Assembly (NCBI GenBank): GCA_045648925.1
Contig: JAZROY010000001.1
Span: forward strand, 8,841 to 72,840
Length of the DNA stretch: 64,000 bases
Source: Candidatus Enterousia sp.
Lineage (GTDB): Bacteria; Pseudomonadota; Alphaproteobacteria; Rs-D84
Direction: 5' to 3'
Shown here: one piece after another, positions 48,479 to 60,000 of the stretch
How the letters are laid out: the number at the start of each line of letters is the position of its first letter
Position numbering within the stretch: position 1 is the first letter of the stretch
The notes under the pieces: generated by a model
Databases searched by the model: none
Seen by the model: the letters and a program-made list of their open reading frames with translations, nothing else
Told to the model about the DNA's origin: nothing
Translations under genes and position numbers: made by a program

Positions 48479-48822
48479 AGGTGATCAATAAGCCGGATTC
48501 TGTTCAACCTTTTATGTACACACACTACATAAAATGGTTGCAAGCATAATTAATCTGCAAATTGCGTTACCGCAAAATGTCAAGCCCCCTACCCGATTCT
48601 TTAAAGCGGCTGGAACGTGCCATAGAATCCTGTTTGAGGTTGCTGCACATAGAGATTGCCCGTTTCACCGTAACTTAATACGCTCGTCTCTGCTGCTCTA
48701 ATCGTCGGGTCTCCCCGCGTGGTCATTAGCCACTATGTTGTTCCAAGCAGTCCGGACTTTCCTCTGAATTGTGTTCATACAGGAAAACCTGCGTCCAATT
48801 CAGCTATGCTTTTTCACACCCT
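48479..48822 (-). ncRNA. rnpB: RNase P RNA
   Basis: Minus strand has GAGGAAAGTCCGG and AACAGAATCCGGCTTAT (P4 halves), P2 aagcata/tatgctt; upstream TTGAAA-16-TATAAT; ends approximate. Confidence 0.93.
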
Positions 48823-48857
48823 TGACGAACCGTATTATAACAAGTTAAAAAATTTTT

Positions 48858-49082
48858 TCAATATTTTTTATTGCTTTCGCCCATCTTTTTTGCATCTTGC
48901 AAAGTTTGTACAAGTATTTCGTGAGCAATTTGACGAATTTTGTTTGCAAGCGGTCGCACATTCATTGCCTCGGCAACTGCATTTCCAAATTGTTTAGATA
49001 TAGCATCGATTTGACTGGGGGCGATAACAAAGACATCGCTGGAAATATTCTGTGTATCAAGTGTCGTAATATTGTTTTTCAT
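48858..49082 (-). CDS. Small hypothetical protein
   Basis: 74 aa ORF filling the intergenic gap, purine-rich upstream gagag; no motif. Confidence 0.5.
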   Translation of the reverse strand: MKNNITTLDTQNISSDVFVIAPSQIDAISKQFGNAVAEAMNVRPLANKIRQIAHEILVQTLQDAKKMGESNKKY

Positions 49083-49166
49083 CTTGTGTTCTCTCGTTAT
49101 TTTTCATGTCAGTTGTATCATATCACAAAAAACATTCAAAAAAAATAAAAAACAACATTTTTTCAT

Positions 49167-49196
49167 TTGACACAATTGCGACAATTTTTCTATAGT
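49167..49196 (+). promoter_or_regulatory. Sigma70-type promoter of surface protein cluster
   Basis: TTGACA-18-TATAGT. Confidence 0.55.
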
Positions 49197-49228
49197 TTAA
49201 AAAGATAGGAGAAAAAGGATCGGTCTTA

Positions 49229-52200
49229 ATGGCTGTTTTTCGGGCTTTTTATCGTGGTTTTGGACGCATGTTATTTGTGTCGGTTTTGTGCTTTGCGTGT
49301 GGTTTTCTATCTGCTCGGGCGGAAGAATATACAATTGTATACCTTAATCAACACGGTGATGAGATTAGTGATTTAACACCGGATAGATATACAGAAGAAG
49401 AATTGCCGTTGGCAAAAGAAAACTTGCCGAATAGCGAAGCGGTAAGCATAGCAACAGGTTGCGAATTGGCAGACGAACTATGGTATTGGGATGATAAGAT
49501 GTCAGAACCTGTGGACCAAATAGAATCTGTCTCAGACGAAGGGACAACTTTGTACGGGAATTTGGATTGTGGTGAAAACCGAATCGTGGCTTTGAATTCA
49601 GCAGGTAAAGAAGGAATTGGTTCTGGTGGAACGAGGATACTCTATTATTATCGTAATTTGGGTGAATCTGGTGAATTCTTTTATAATGAGTATAACGGTA
49701 GTAAATCTGCGTCTGGTGTGGCGTCATCCATAGTGTTGCCGACATATGATGATGAAAGTTATACTTTCTTAGGGTATTATGCAGACCCAGACGATATGGA
49801 AACACAATGTATTAATGAACGGGGATACATAACAGAATACGGTATCCAGCAAATGGCAGAAGGTGGCGAAGGTGAAACATCATGGGATGCAGTGTATGAT
49901 CCCAAAATAATCCCTAAGAACATTATACAGTTACTACCAAATTATGGTTCTTCTTTTACTAGTCCAGGGACAGGTTATATATATGGAGTCCCGTCGACGT
50001 ATGGTGGCGGGATATACGATGCATATTCTGGGGGTAACCAAATATCGTCAATAACTATTCCAACATGGGGTGGACATAGTTTCTTAGGGTATTATTCTTC
50101 TAGTAGTGCGAATTCGACTCAATATATAGATTCCGTTGGTAATATTACGGCCGCAGGTATAGCAAAAGCGCAAGAAAATCCTGGGGGCTCGAATCAAACT
50201 TGGTATGGTCACTGGTCAGGAACATATAGTTTGCACTATGACTGTTCGACTAATTATAATGTTGTAGGTCAACAAGGGAACGGTACCGCACCGGCGGACG
50301 AACCTCATTCTGCTGGGCAACCTGTCACATTGCAACAAAATCAAGGGTGTTATCCTACGGATTCATATTATTCTTTTGGTGGTTGGAATTGTTTTAATCG
50401 GGTAGAAGTGATTCAAGCTGGTGGTTATTCTATAACGACTGATTACAGCAATGGCCCAATAAATAACGGATATAATTTGACAATGCCTTATAATGATGTG
50501 TGGTGTGAACCAATTTGGATACCTTCTAATGTGACGTTATCATATAATTGCGGATGGTTGCCAAATACTAACACGCCCGTTTCTGGACCTGCGCCGTCAT
50601 TGGTTTATGGTTCGGCGCCGTTGGGAGGAAATTTGGCATCAGCCGCCGCGGCACAGAATACTTGTATAATAGATACCAATACTTACAGTTTTGTTGGGTG
50701 GTATTGTCCGGGGGGGGCTTGGATATCGGAACCAGGCGGTGTATTCAGCATTACGGAAGATGCAACTTGTTATGCCGTGTGGGCAGAAAACAATCCGTGT
50801 GCCCCTGGGAGCGAGGCCAGCAACAGTCCAGAAATTTTGGGTGGCACAATTAGTGATTGGAATCAGATACAACAACTTTTTGTTTCATTAAATGATTTGT
50901 CTGGAATGTGTAGTGAAACTGTTGGTAGTTATCCCGGACAGATTGGAACACCTTCTTCCACATCTGGCGATTATTGTTGGTGTCAAGCAACTTCTTATAA
51001 TTCAACACCATTAAATAATTATCCATGGGTGTTTGTTCAGTATTACAATGGTTGTAACGTAGCAAATTGTCAATCTTGGTGTTTGTCCTCGATTAACCAA
51101 AAAGATCCTGATTATTTCTTTAATGTTTCTTTGTTAAGTAATCCGATATGTGAATATACATTGGATTATGATTGTGGAACTGTCGGTGGTACTGCTCCGT
51201 CATCTGTTTCAGGAATAATTCCAACAAATATCACACAAAACAGTCCGATGTCATTGGCGTCTACTGCGCCAAGTTGTAACAACGGCAACAACACTTTATC
51301 TGGTTGGACATGTTATGCTAGTTCAGATACAGGGCAAACAACACCTTTGACAAGTGCATCATATTCCTTAGATACCATGCCTTATGATAATGTAACTTGT
51401 TATGCGAATTGGGTTCCGCCCCAGGGATATACTGTGACGTATAATTGTGATAATGGTAATGCACAACAGAGTAGCATGCTTGGTGGAACTTATAACTATG
51501 GGGCTACTGTGACATTGTGGACACAAAATGGTAATTCTGTTGGTTCGTGTGATGTTCCGAGTAATAGAGTGTTTGTTGGCTGGAACTGCTATTTTGATAA
51601 TCCTGATGCTTATTCTCCACAAGCTACATATGATACTACTGGTTATTATCAGACGGTTCTTTATTTATCTGATTATACAGAATCTGGCACGAGCATATCT
51701 GTAGATAATGTGATTTGTACGGCGCAATGGGCTTGTGATACAACGAATGGTTATACGTGGGATAATCTAACGCAAAGTTGTGTTAATGAGTACAAAATTT
51801 ATTATAATCCTGGTCAACATGGAAATTATGGAACTGGCAGTTGGGGTTCCAATGGTTTTGGACCAGGGGCAAGCAATGGTGGTGGAACATTTGGTCAGTA
51901 TTGGTCAACGCAACTTTTGTCGGCAACGACCATAGTGCCGGATGATTCTTGTTATGAATTTTGTGGTTGGAGCACGGTATGGAATGACACTTGTGGTAGT
52001 GCGAATATTTTGACTGCTGGGGCACAACAACCAAACGTATGGGATCTTACAACTTATTTGAATCTGTATGCGGTTTGGCAATGTGCGAGCGGTTGTGTAG
52101 CAAGTGGTGATGCTTGTGTTTCTGCGCCGGCAACCTATATTGTCACCTATCATGGTGGAACTTGTTTGCCAAGTGCCTCAGATTATCAAAGTGATCCGAT

Positions 52201-52960
52201 AAATGCAGGCGACAGTTATATCGTGGAAAATCCGAATTGTACATATGCGAATTCACATTATTTTATACCAACCGATAACTGTTATGAATTTGTTGGGTGG
52301 AGCGAAGATAACCCTGCCACGCAAAATCCAACGATAGATTATAACAATTGTGATAATTGTACCACCCAAACGGGCAGTTGTGGAACAATCTTCAACGTAT
52401 CGTCTAACATAGACCTTTATGCGATATGTGATGTTATGGCGCACAATGTGATATATCATGATTGCGATAATACATATACTTATACTGATTCAAATGCTGT
52501 TTGGATTGGGCAAAGTTCGGATTATACACCGTTATCGCCATCTGTGGCGCCGTTAAGTTCGTCAGATTTGAAAATAGACCCATTATCCAGTTTCCAGGGC
52601 TGGGCAACATCAGAAACTGCTGGTGATGGTAAATCGTGGTGTGGATTAGAGTCGGGTGATTTATACCCGGAATTGTATGGTGGAAACGGTAAAGAAACTA
52701 AGTACAATTATTCTGTGAGCGCCGATAAATTGTGTCATGATATCGATTTGTATGCGGTGTGTTGTCCGTTGAATTTAAGTTGGATTTTAAACGGTGGACA
52801 ATGGCCAACAGACCCAAATAATCAAACAACTTTGCAAAACCAGACATCGTGTGAATATGGGGCGACTGCAGGACAATCTGGTTCGATTACACCATTGCAG
52901 ACCCCATTAAAGCCAGGATACACATTTAATGGATGGCTGGTAACAGGTTATACACCTTAA
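49229..52960 (+). CDS. Cys-rich InlB B-repeat (Listeria-Bacteroides repeat) surface protein A
   Basis: Signal peptide; repeated YxVxY(xC)...F.GW(xC)...LYA.W units; internal G.YCWC domain; ends in an incomplete repeat. Confidence 0.85.
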   Translation: MAVFRAFYRGFGRMLFVSVLCFACGFLSARAEEYTIVYLNQHGDEISDLTPDRYTEEELPLAKENLPNSEAVSIATGCELADELWYWDDKMSEPVDQIESVSDEGTTLYGNLDCGENRIVALNSAGKEGIGSGGTRILYYYRNLGESGEFFYNEYNGSKSASGVASSIVLPTYDDESYTFLGYYADPDDMETQCINERGYITEYGIQQMAEGGEGETSWDAVYDPKIIPKNIIQLLPNYGSSFTSPGTGYIYGVPSTYGGGIYDAYSGGNQISSITIPTWGGHSFLGYYSSSSANSTQYIDSVGNITAAGIAKAQENPGGSNQTWYGHWSGTYSLHYDCSTNYNVVGQQGNGTAPADEPHSAGQPVTLQQNQGCYPTDSYYSFGGWNCFNRVEVIQAGGYSITTDYSNGPINNGYNLTMPYNDVWCEPIWIPSNVTLSYNCGWLPNTNTPVSGPAPSLVYGSAPLGGNLASAAAAQNTCIIDTNTYSFVGWYCPGGAWISEPGGVFSITEDATCYAVWAENNPCAPGSEASNSPEILGGTISDWNQIQQLFVSLNDLSGMCSETVGSYPGQIGTPSSTSGDYCWCQATSYNSTPLNNYPWVFVQYYNGCNVANCQSWCLSSINQKDPDYFFNVSLLSNPICEYTLDYDCGTVGGTAPSSVSGIIPTNITQNSPMSLASTAPSCNNGNNTLSGWTCYASSDTGQTTPLTSASYSLDTMPYDNVTCYANWVPPQGYTVTYNCDNGNAQQSSMLGGTYNYGATVTLWTQNGNSVGSCDVPSNRVFVGWNCYFDNPDAYSPQATYDTTGYYQTVLYLSDYTESGTSISVDNVICTAQWACDTTNGYTWDNLTQSCVNEYKIYYNPGQHGNYGTGSWGSNGFGPGASNGGGTFGQYWSTQLLSATTIVPDDSCYEFCGWSTVWNDTCGSANILTAGAQQPNVWDLTTYLNLYAVWQCASGCVASGDACVSAPATYIVTYHGGTCLPSASDYQSDPINAGDSYIVENPNCTYANSHYFIPTDNCYEFVGWSEDNPATQNPTIDYNNCDNCTTQTGSCGTIFNVSSNIDLYAICDVMAHNVIYHDCDNTYTYTDSNAVWIGQSSDYTPLSPSVAPLSSSDLKIDPLSSFQGWATSETAGDGKSWCGLESGDLYPELYGGNGKETKYNYSVSADKLCHDIDLYAVCCPLNLSWILNGGQWPTDPNNQTTLQNQTSCEYGATAGQSGSITPLQTPLKPGYTFNGWLVTGYTP

Positions 52961-53007
52961 AACAGGTCGAAAACGAGATTAAAAAATAATAAAAAAGGAC
53001 GGGAAAG

Positions 53008-53985
53008 ATGAAAAACAAAATATTTTTAACCAGCATGTTCGCAGTGATGCTCGCCTTCCCTGCGTATGCAAGTTATTTTGCAGATCCGACAGGTCAATCC
53101 ACTAATTATTCTGGACAAATTGCTGCGGGCAGCACACAAGAAGATTGTGATTCTGACCCTTTGCAGTATCAGGTCCCACAAGGGCAAGGTGAAAGTTACG
53201 GAACATATACCCTTACCGCACAATGGACACCAAATCAATATACTGTAACTTATGATTGTAATGGTGGGACAGTTAATTCGTCTTTGGTTGATAGTGTTGA
53301 TTCCAATGGATACGGTATCGATAATGTCATCTATAATACAACGTCATATACGTTTCAACATCAATTGGATTTGTGTACCTATGCCAACCAAACACCTAGT
53401 GAGTTTACGTGTACTCACAATGCGGATGGTACACCTTGGTTTGTTGCGCAAACATGGGATATTCCTGATGATGTAACTTGTACAGCGCATTGGAGTGAGA
53501 CACCATATACGATAACTTATGATTGCGGTTCGTTGCCAAATAATGGTGGGGTTGTAAATGGCGGAACATTTGAAAATAGTACCAATAATGTTGATACAGT
53601 TTATAATGGACAGAATTATTCAGTAAAATCTGATGCTTCAGGTTGTGGAACAGGTAATCAATTGGCAGGATATCATTTTGCTGGGTGGTCTTGTACACCA
53701 AATCTTGCAACAGGTTCTGGGTCACAAATATATTCTGTTGATTGGCCAACATCAACTGTTGTTTCTCAGACAATAGCATCTCTTGGAATTTCTGCCGACG
53801 CTACCTGTGATGCTTTGTGGCAAGAAAACGGTGTGAATTTAAGATATTTGGAAAATGCTGGTGATGTCACACCATATCATACTGATTCTTGCCAATATGG
53901 TAATGATACATTCACTTTACCAGCAGAACCATCCAAAACAGGTTATACATTTACTGGTTGGAAGGTGACAGATTGGGACGAATAA
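53008..53985 (+). CDS. Small Cys-rich InlB B-repeat protein B
   Basis: Signal peptide AYA; orphan GTYTLTAQW strand, two 4-Cys repeats, terminal PSKTGYTFTGWKV half repeat. Confidence 0.87.
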   Translation: MKNKIFLTSMFAVMLAFPAYASYFADPTGQSTNYSGQIAAGSTQEDCDSDPLQYQVPQGQGESYGTYTLTAQWTPNQYTVTYDCNGGTVNSSLVDSVDSNGYGIDNVIYNTTSYTFQHQLDLCTYANQTPSEFTCTHNADGTPWFVAQTWDIPDDVTCTAHWSETPYTITYDCGSLPNNGGVVNGGTFENSTNNVDTVYNGQNYSVKSDASGCGTGNQLAGYHFAGWSCTPNLATGSGSQIYSVDWPTSTVVSQTIASLGISADATCDALWQENGVNLRYLENAGDVTPYHTDSCQYGNDTFTLPAEPSKTGYTFTGWKVTDWDE

Positions 53986-54060
53986 TAATGAAGCAATTAA
54001 GTTAAAAAAAGGACTTGTGTTAAAAAAATAAAAAGTGCTAAGGTAATATAGGAAAGGGAA

Positions 54061-57000
54061 ATGTTTAGATTTTTACTGAGATTTTTTGCAGTATTTATCA
54101 CCTGCTCTGCTTTTGTGGGGCTGGCTTCCCGTCCTGTGTTGGCAGATATCGGGACTACTACATGTGATGATAATAATGGTACATGCGGAACTATCGGACT
54201 CGATTCGTCTGCTTCGTGTAATAATCCACCTTTGCTTTGGCATAGTAGTTCAAACAATTATGGAACATATACCCTTACCGCCCAGTATGAAAGAACACCT
54301 TTCCATGCTTATTATAAAAACGGTTCCTGTTATGCCGGGTCTGATTTCACTTATTATCAAGATCCAACTGTCGCGTATTACCAAGATTCTTATACTATTT
54401 TAGGTTTAGATGATATCTCGACTATTTCTTTACCTTCTGGTGGTAATTACGCGTTTGACGGATGGACAACCTGTTGGGCGCCTTGTGATGATCTCAGTAA
54501 TCTCAGCGATTGTTCGCAAACCCCTGTTTTGCCTGGCTCTTTTAATTGGTCAAAAGATAAATGTTTGGTTTTGACTGGTAATTGTACGATTCGTCAATGT
54601 GAAAACGGACAATGGTTTGATAGTGCTACTGGTGAATGCAAATCTTGTCCTGATGGATATAATTATTCTGACAGTGGTGCAACCAGCATGGCGCAGTGTT
54701 ATAAGATTAAAGAGGTTCCTTGTCAACCACAAGAACAAGCATTGTCAGAATATTGTACAGAACCTGCATCTTGGGAAGAATCTTGTACTTGCGACGACAG
54801 TGTAAGTTATCGTATATATTCTAATGCAGAAGGTACCGGCGAAGGGCAATACACAGATGCGAACGGGGATGCCTTACCGTCAAATACCCCGCCAGCTGCA
54901 CCAATATGCACATTAGGTGTAACATTTGCAACTGGTGTATCAGGGTATGTTTTCAATCAACAAACTGGCGAATGTGATCCGATTGGATACAAATTAGAAT
55001 ATAATTGCGGTAAAAAACCCGATTCGAACGATGATGTTGGCGGAAATCCACCGGCAGCAACAACTGGTATTCAAATTGGCGGCAGTGCTACTGTAAAGGA
55101 TTATACCGATGGACAATGTCAATCGACCGGGCTTACGTTCCAACGTTGGAGTTGCGTATGGAAAGAACACGAATCGCCATATTCGGTGGTTGGTAATCCT
55201 GAAAATCATACTGCAGGTGATACGATAACACCTTGGTCAGCTTATGATATGGAATGCACTGCTGTGTGGGAGAATAGCATACTTGATTGTCCAGATGCGT
55301 ATCCAGAGCACGATGAAGAAGTAACAAGTTATACCCAGTGTTACAGAATTACCACTACAAGCAGTTGTGATAAACAAGGTAATACAACTGCGATACAGAA
55401 TCATTGTATTTATAATATGGATTGTTCATGTGATCCTGTGACGTATCGTGTTTATTCTAATGAAAGTGGTAATGCAGACGGTTTAATTAAGAACGAGGAT
55501 GGTTCTCAGGTTCTTTCGAATATACCTGCCCCATCTTGTCAAAGACAGATTGTTGGAAATCCGACAGGTGCTGAAGACGGATATGCATATAATCAACAGA
55601 CAAACACATGTGAGGCATTGCCGACATATCCAGTTGTTTATGATTGTAATAATAATGGATTGGGAATAGATGGTAATGGAACGAATCCATCTGATTCGAA
55701 CAGTCCTTATGCTGCGGGTAATGCTGTGAATGTGTTGGCGTACCCTGCTGGGTGTCAGGCACCAACAGAACGTGTCGCGGATGCTACACTTGGCTGGGAA
55801 TGTGTTGCCCAAGATGGAACCCTGGTGTATTCTGGTTCGGGCAACGCTGACTTTAATATGCCTTCTCAACCTGTGACTTGTACTGCCCAATGGAAAAGCA
55901 CCGCATGGTCAATAACATATATGGGATGTAATTGTGATACATCTAGTTATAGCGATTTATTTTACAATAAATGTACGCAAGATTTAACCAGCAGAGTTAG
56001 AAGTGGTGAATATGAGACAAATGATTCTAGTACATATTATAGAACGTTTACTGCTACCAGACCTGTTACATTCCCTACTGTTGCAGGCAATACAAATTAC
56101 GGAGAAATTAATGTCGCAAGTACTGCTTTTTCAGGTAGATGGTTCTATTTTAATTTTAGAAACGGTGTCCCTGTTGGTACAACAACCTCTGCTGGGACAA
56201 ATTCATCAGGGGAAGATAAAGATTTAATAATATACACATGTCTTGGGGATTCTTATCAGGTGACATATAATTGTATAAAAGGAAATGGTGGAACACAGGT
56301 AAAAGGTCCTTATCAGAAACAATCTGTGTCGACACTGGGCCGTGCTGCCTGTCCATATGAACCTGGTTGGACATTCACATGGAATTGTGGTGGTTCGTAT
56401 ACTAGTGTTACCCCAGGTGGTTCGATTTATGTGGACAGTGATAAAGTATGTAATGCCGAATGGACTTGTGATACTGCAAACGGTTATGTGTTGGAAAATG
56501 GGCAATGTGTGAAGAAATACAATTTGAAATTTAATTGTAATAACAGTAAAGATTCTGTAAGAACGGAACGGTTATTAAGTGGTGCAACTTTTGATACTAG
56601 TTCGGTTCAATGTCAAACGAAAAATTGTTCTGAAACTGGTTATACTTGGAGTTGTAACCCATCAAGTGCGCTTAGTGGTAATACCGTGACAATGCCTGTG
56701 GCTGATGTGACATGTACCGCGCAATGGACACCGATAAAATATACCGTCACTTATAACAGTGGTTCTTGCGGTAGTGCGGGTCATACCAATGAAACCCTTT
56801 ATACTCACAGTGATGGTGCAACATGTGGTGTGGGGTATTCTGTACCATCGAATGCCACCAGTGCAATGAATAATGTGCTTCAATCTGGTTATACCTTTGT
56901 TGGGTGGAATACAAATTCTGGTCAAACAACATCAAATTGGTCTGGTGGAAACATTACTGGGGATATTACTGTTTATGCGGCATGTAAATCGATAGAATAC

Positions 57001-60000
57001 AACCTAACCTTGCGGTGTAATGATAATGCGACAGACGAGAGAACTGCTTCATATAATGCAGGTGAATCTGTAGGGTTAGTATCAACCGCAAGAAATGGTT
57101 GTGCTAATGATACTGATGGTATGATATTCAGTCATTGGACTTGTAACCCAAGCAGTTTGTATGATAATTCAAATGTTACAATGAACAATAATGTTGTTTG
57201 TGATGCACACTGGGATACAAAATATCATTTGACATATGATTGCGCCAACGACAGAGCGAATGAAAACCCAACAGGTGGCTGGTATGACAGTGGAGAGGCG
57301 GTGACAACATTGACTGATAATGATCAGGGGACTTGTAGCACATTGCCGTATGAAGGTGCAGAATTCAAAGGATGGAGTTGTTCACCAAACAATAACAGAA
57401 ACGGTTCAACTGGTGCTATGACCATGCCGCCATCAAATGTGGAATGTACCGCACAGTGGGACGGTGCAGAGTTCACAGTCACCTATGATTGTAGCGGGAC
57501 AACTGTGACAGGCGGGCATGTTAAGAATAGTGAAAATACACAACGCAGACACGAAAATATTAAATATGGCAGCAGTTCATTTACTTTTGACCAAGCGAAC
57601 AATGTTTGTGAATATGCACATTATACACCTGCTAACTGGACTTGCGTAAGAGAAGATACAGAACAAGATATAACCAGCACAATCAGTTTTGGTGTTTCGG
57701 AAAAATGGAAACGTCCTTATAATGTAAAATGTACAACAGATTGGATGCCAGAACCTGTTACATTGACATATAATTGTAATAATAATGGTTTGGGAACCAG
57801 CAGTAATCCTGGTCAGAATCCACAAGGTGGCACGTATGATTATAACACAAGGGTTGCCATGGTAGAAGGTGATGGCGGATGTAAAGTTCCAGCAACAGGT
57901 AAAACCTTTAAGGGGTGGAATTGTAGCCCAGATAGTCCAGATGATGATGGTTATATAACATTAACCACCGATACGACATGTACGGCAGATTGGGGTGATG
58001 CAGAATATTACCTGACATACGATTGCAATGGTGGAACAGGCAACCCGCCACGTGATGAAGATGAAAACGGGAATCCAATTCCACGTAGGTGGACTGAAAG
58101 CGTGCAGATAAAAAGTAACACTTGTGAGAAAGAAAACTCGTCTTTTCAATATTGGGACTGCGATGGAACACCTGTCAGCGCTGGACGTAATTTTTATATG
58201 CCTGCGCACAATGTGACTTGTTATGCACAGTGGAAAACCCAAGATTTTCAGTTAAAGTATAATTGTAATAATGGCGGGTTGGGAACGAATCCAGCTTCAC
58301 AAACTTATGCCGCTGGGACACCGAATATACAGGTATTGTCAAACACTAATTATAGTACCTGTCGGAAACCAACATCAGACAAAAACTTCCAAGGTTGGAA
58401 TTGTCACAAGGAAGGCGACACCGGGACACCTTTTGTTAGTGGTAGCGCGATGCCGGCATATAATGTGGTTTGTGATGGACAATGGGATGGTGCTGTATGG
58501 AATATTACATATATAGGATGCAGAAGTGGAGATTGTGTCGCGTGTACTGATCCGTGGGTTTTGAATGAATATATTGATCAATCTAAACAAATTTATAGTT
58601 CAGAAACGAATCCTGCTATCGTCTTCCCTGTTCCAGGTAGAACGGATGATTATGAATTGTTCAACACAATAGAAGAGGAGGAATTTAGCTTTGTCGGTGC
58701 TTGGGTCGATCAATACGGGGCTCGTAGGACTAGTACGTATTCCTTGCTTGGAGATTTAACTCTTTGTACCAATCTTAAACCATACTATGAGGTCACATAT
58801 GATTGTGGGTGGGAGCATCAGGCGCCAATTGATGAAAACAATCCATATGTTTCTGATTCAAAGGTGTCGGTTAAAAACAGTTCTACATGTGGTGATGGCG
58901 CAAGAGATGGTTATACATTTATAAACTGGAGTTGTAAGCCAGATGGTCAAAGTGCCTTTGATGTCGCGGGTTCTGGTGGTGAATTCAATATAACTGCTGA
59001 TACGACATGTACTGCTGTTTGGGATACAAAAGGTTATGTAATAAGATATCATGGTGGTACAGCTGGTGGCAGAAATGTTACACAAGTTGCAATGTCAAAT
59101 CAGGCAGTGTCTTATAGACAAGAAAATGTTGTGTTAAAGAAAAATACTTTCGCGATTGCTGGGTATGAATTTAATGGTTGGGATTGCAAGGTTAATGGCA
59201 CGTCAATATCTGGTGCTTATTTGTCTGATCAAGCCAATATTGGTACGTATTCTTATACTGATAATATGGATTGCACTGCACAATGGTCTCCGCTGCAATA
59301 TAATATTATTTATAACAAGGGATCATGCGATGGAACATCTTATACCAGTTATGATGCTTTGACTTATGATGATACTTATACTGTACTTGGGTTGTATGAT
59401 TCAAATAATATGACTGTTTTTGCGCCAGTGGGATATGTGTTTACAGGGTGGCGGACTGTGGATACAGTGATACAAAATCCAGATAGAATACCTGGACAGA
59501 CATATGGGCCGTGGACAACAGCTGGCGATTTGAATCTTTATGCTACTTGTGAACGCGAACCATATTATGTGACTTATGATTGTGATACTTATGATGAAGA
59601 TAGTGTCACCCCAGTAGATGAAAAAGCATATTATGTTGATAATACTGTGTCGTTAAAACAAAACACATGTAAGAAAACTGGTTGGTCACCAGTTGGGTGG
59701 GAATGTTATCCTTTGACAACTGAAAACTCCGCTAGAGGTATGTCAAATGCTTTGGTTATATATGATGACAATACTTTCAGTATGCCTGCTGATAATGTTA
59801 AATGTGATATGAGATGGGAACAAGATGTTTATCATGTGACATATGAATGTAGAGGGGATGCTGATTGTGATACCACCGGTTCAAATTGTCAGACACCACA
59901 AGATAATCAAGAATATGAGTATGGTGATTCTGTGTTAACAGCAACCAATACTTGTAAAAAATCTGGGCATGATTTTGTTAAGTGGAATTGTGCTGGTCAA

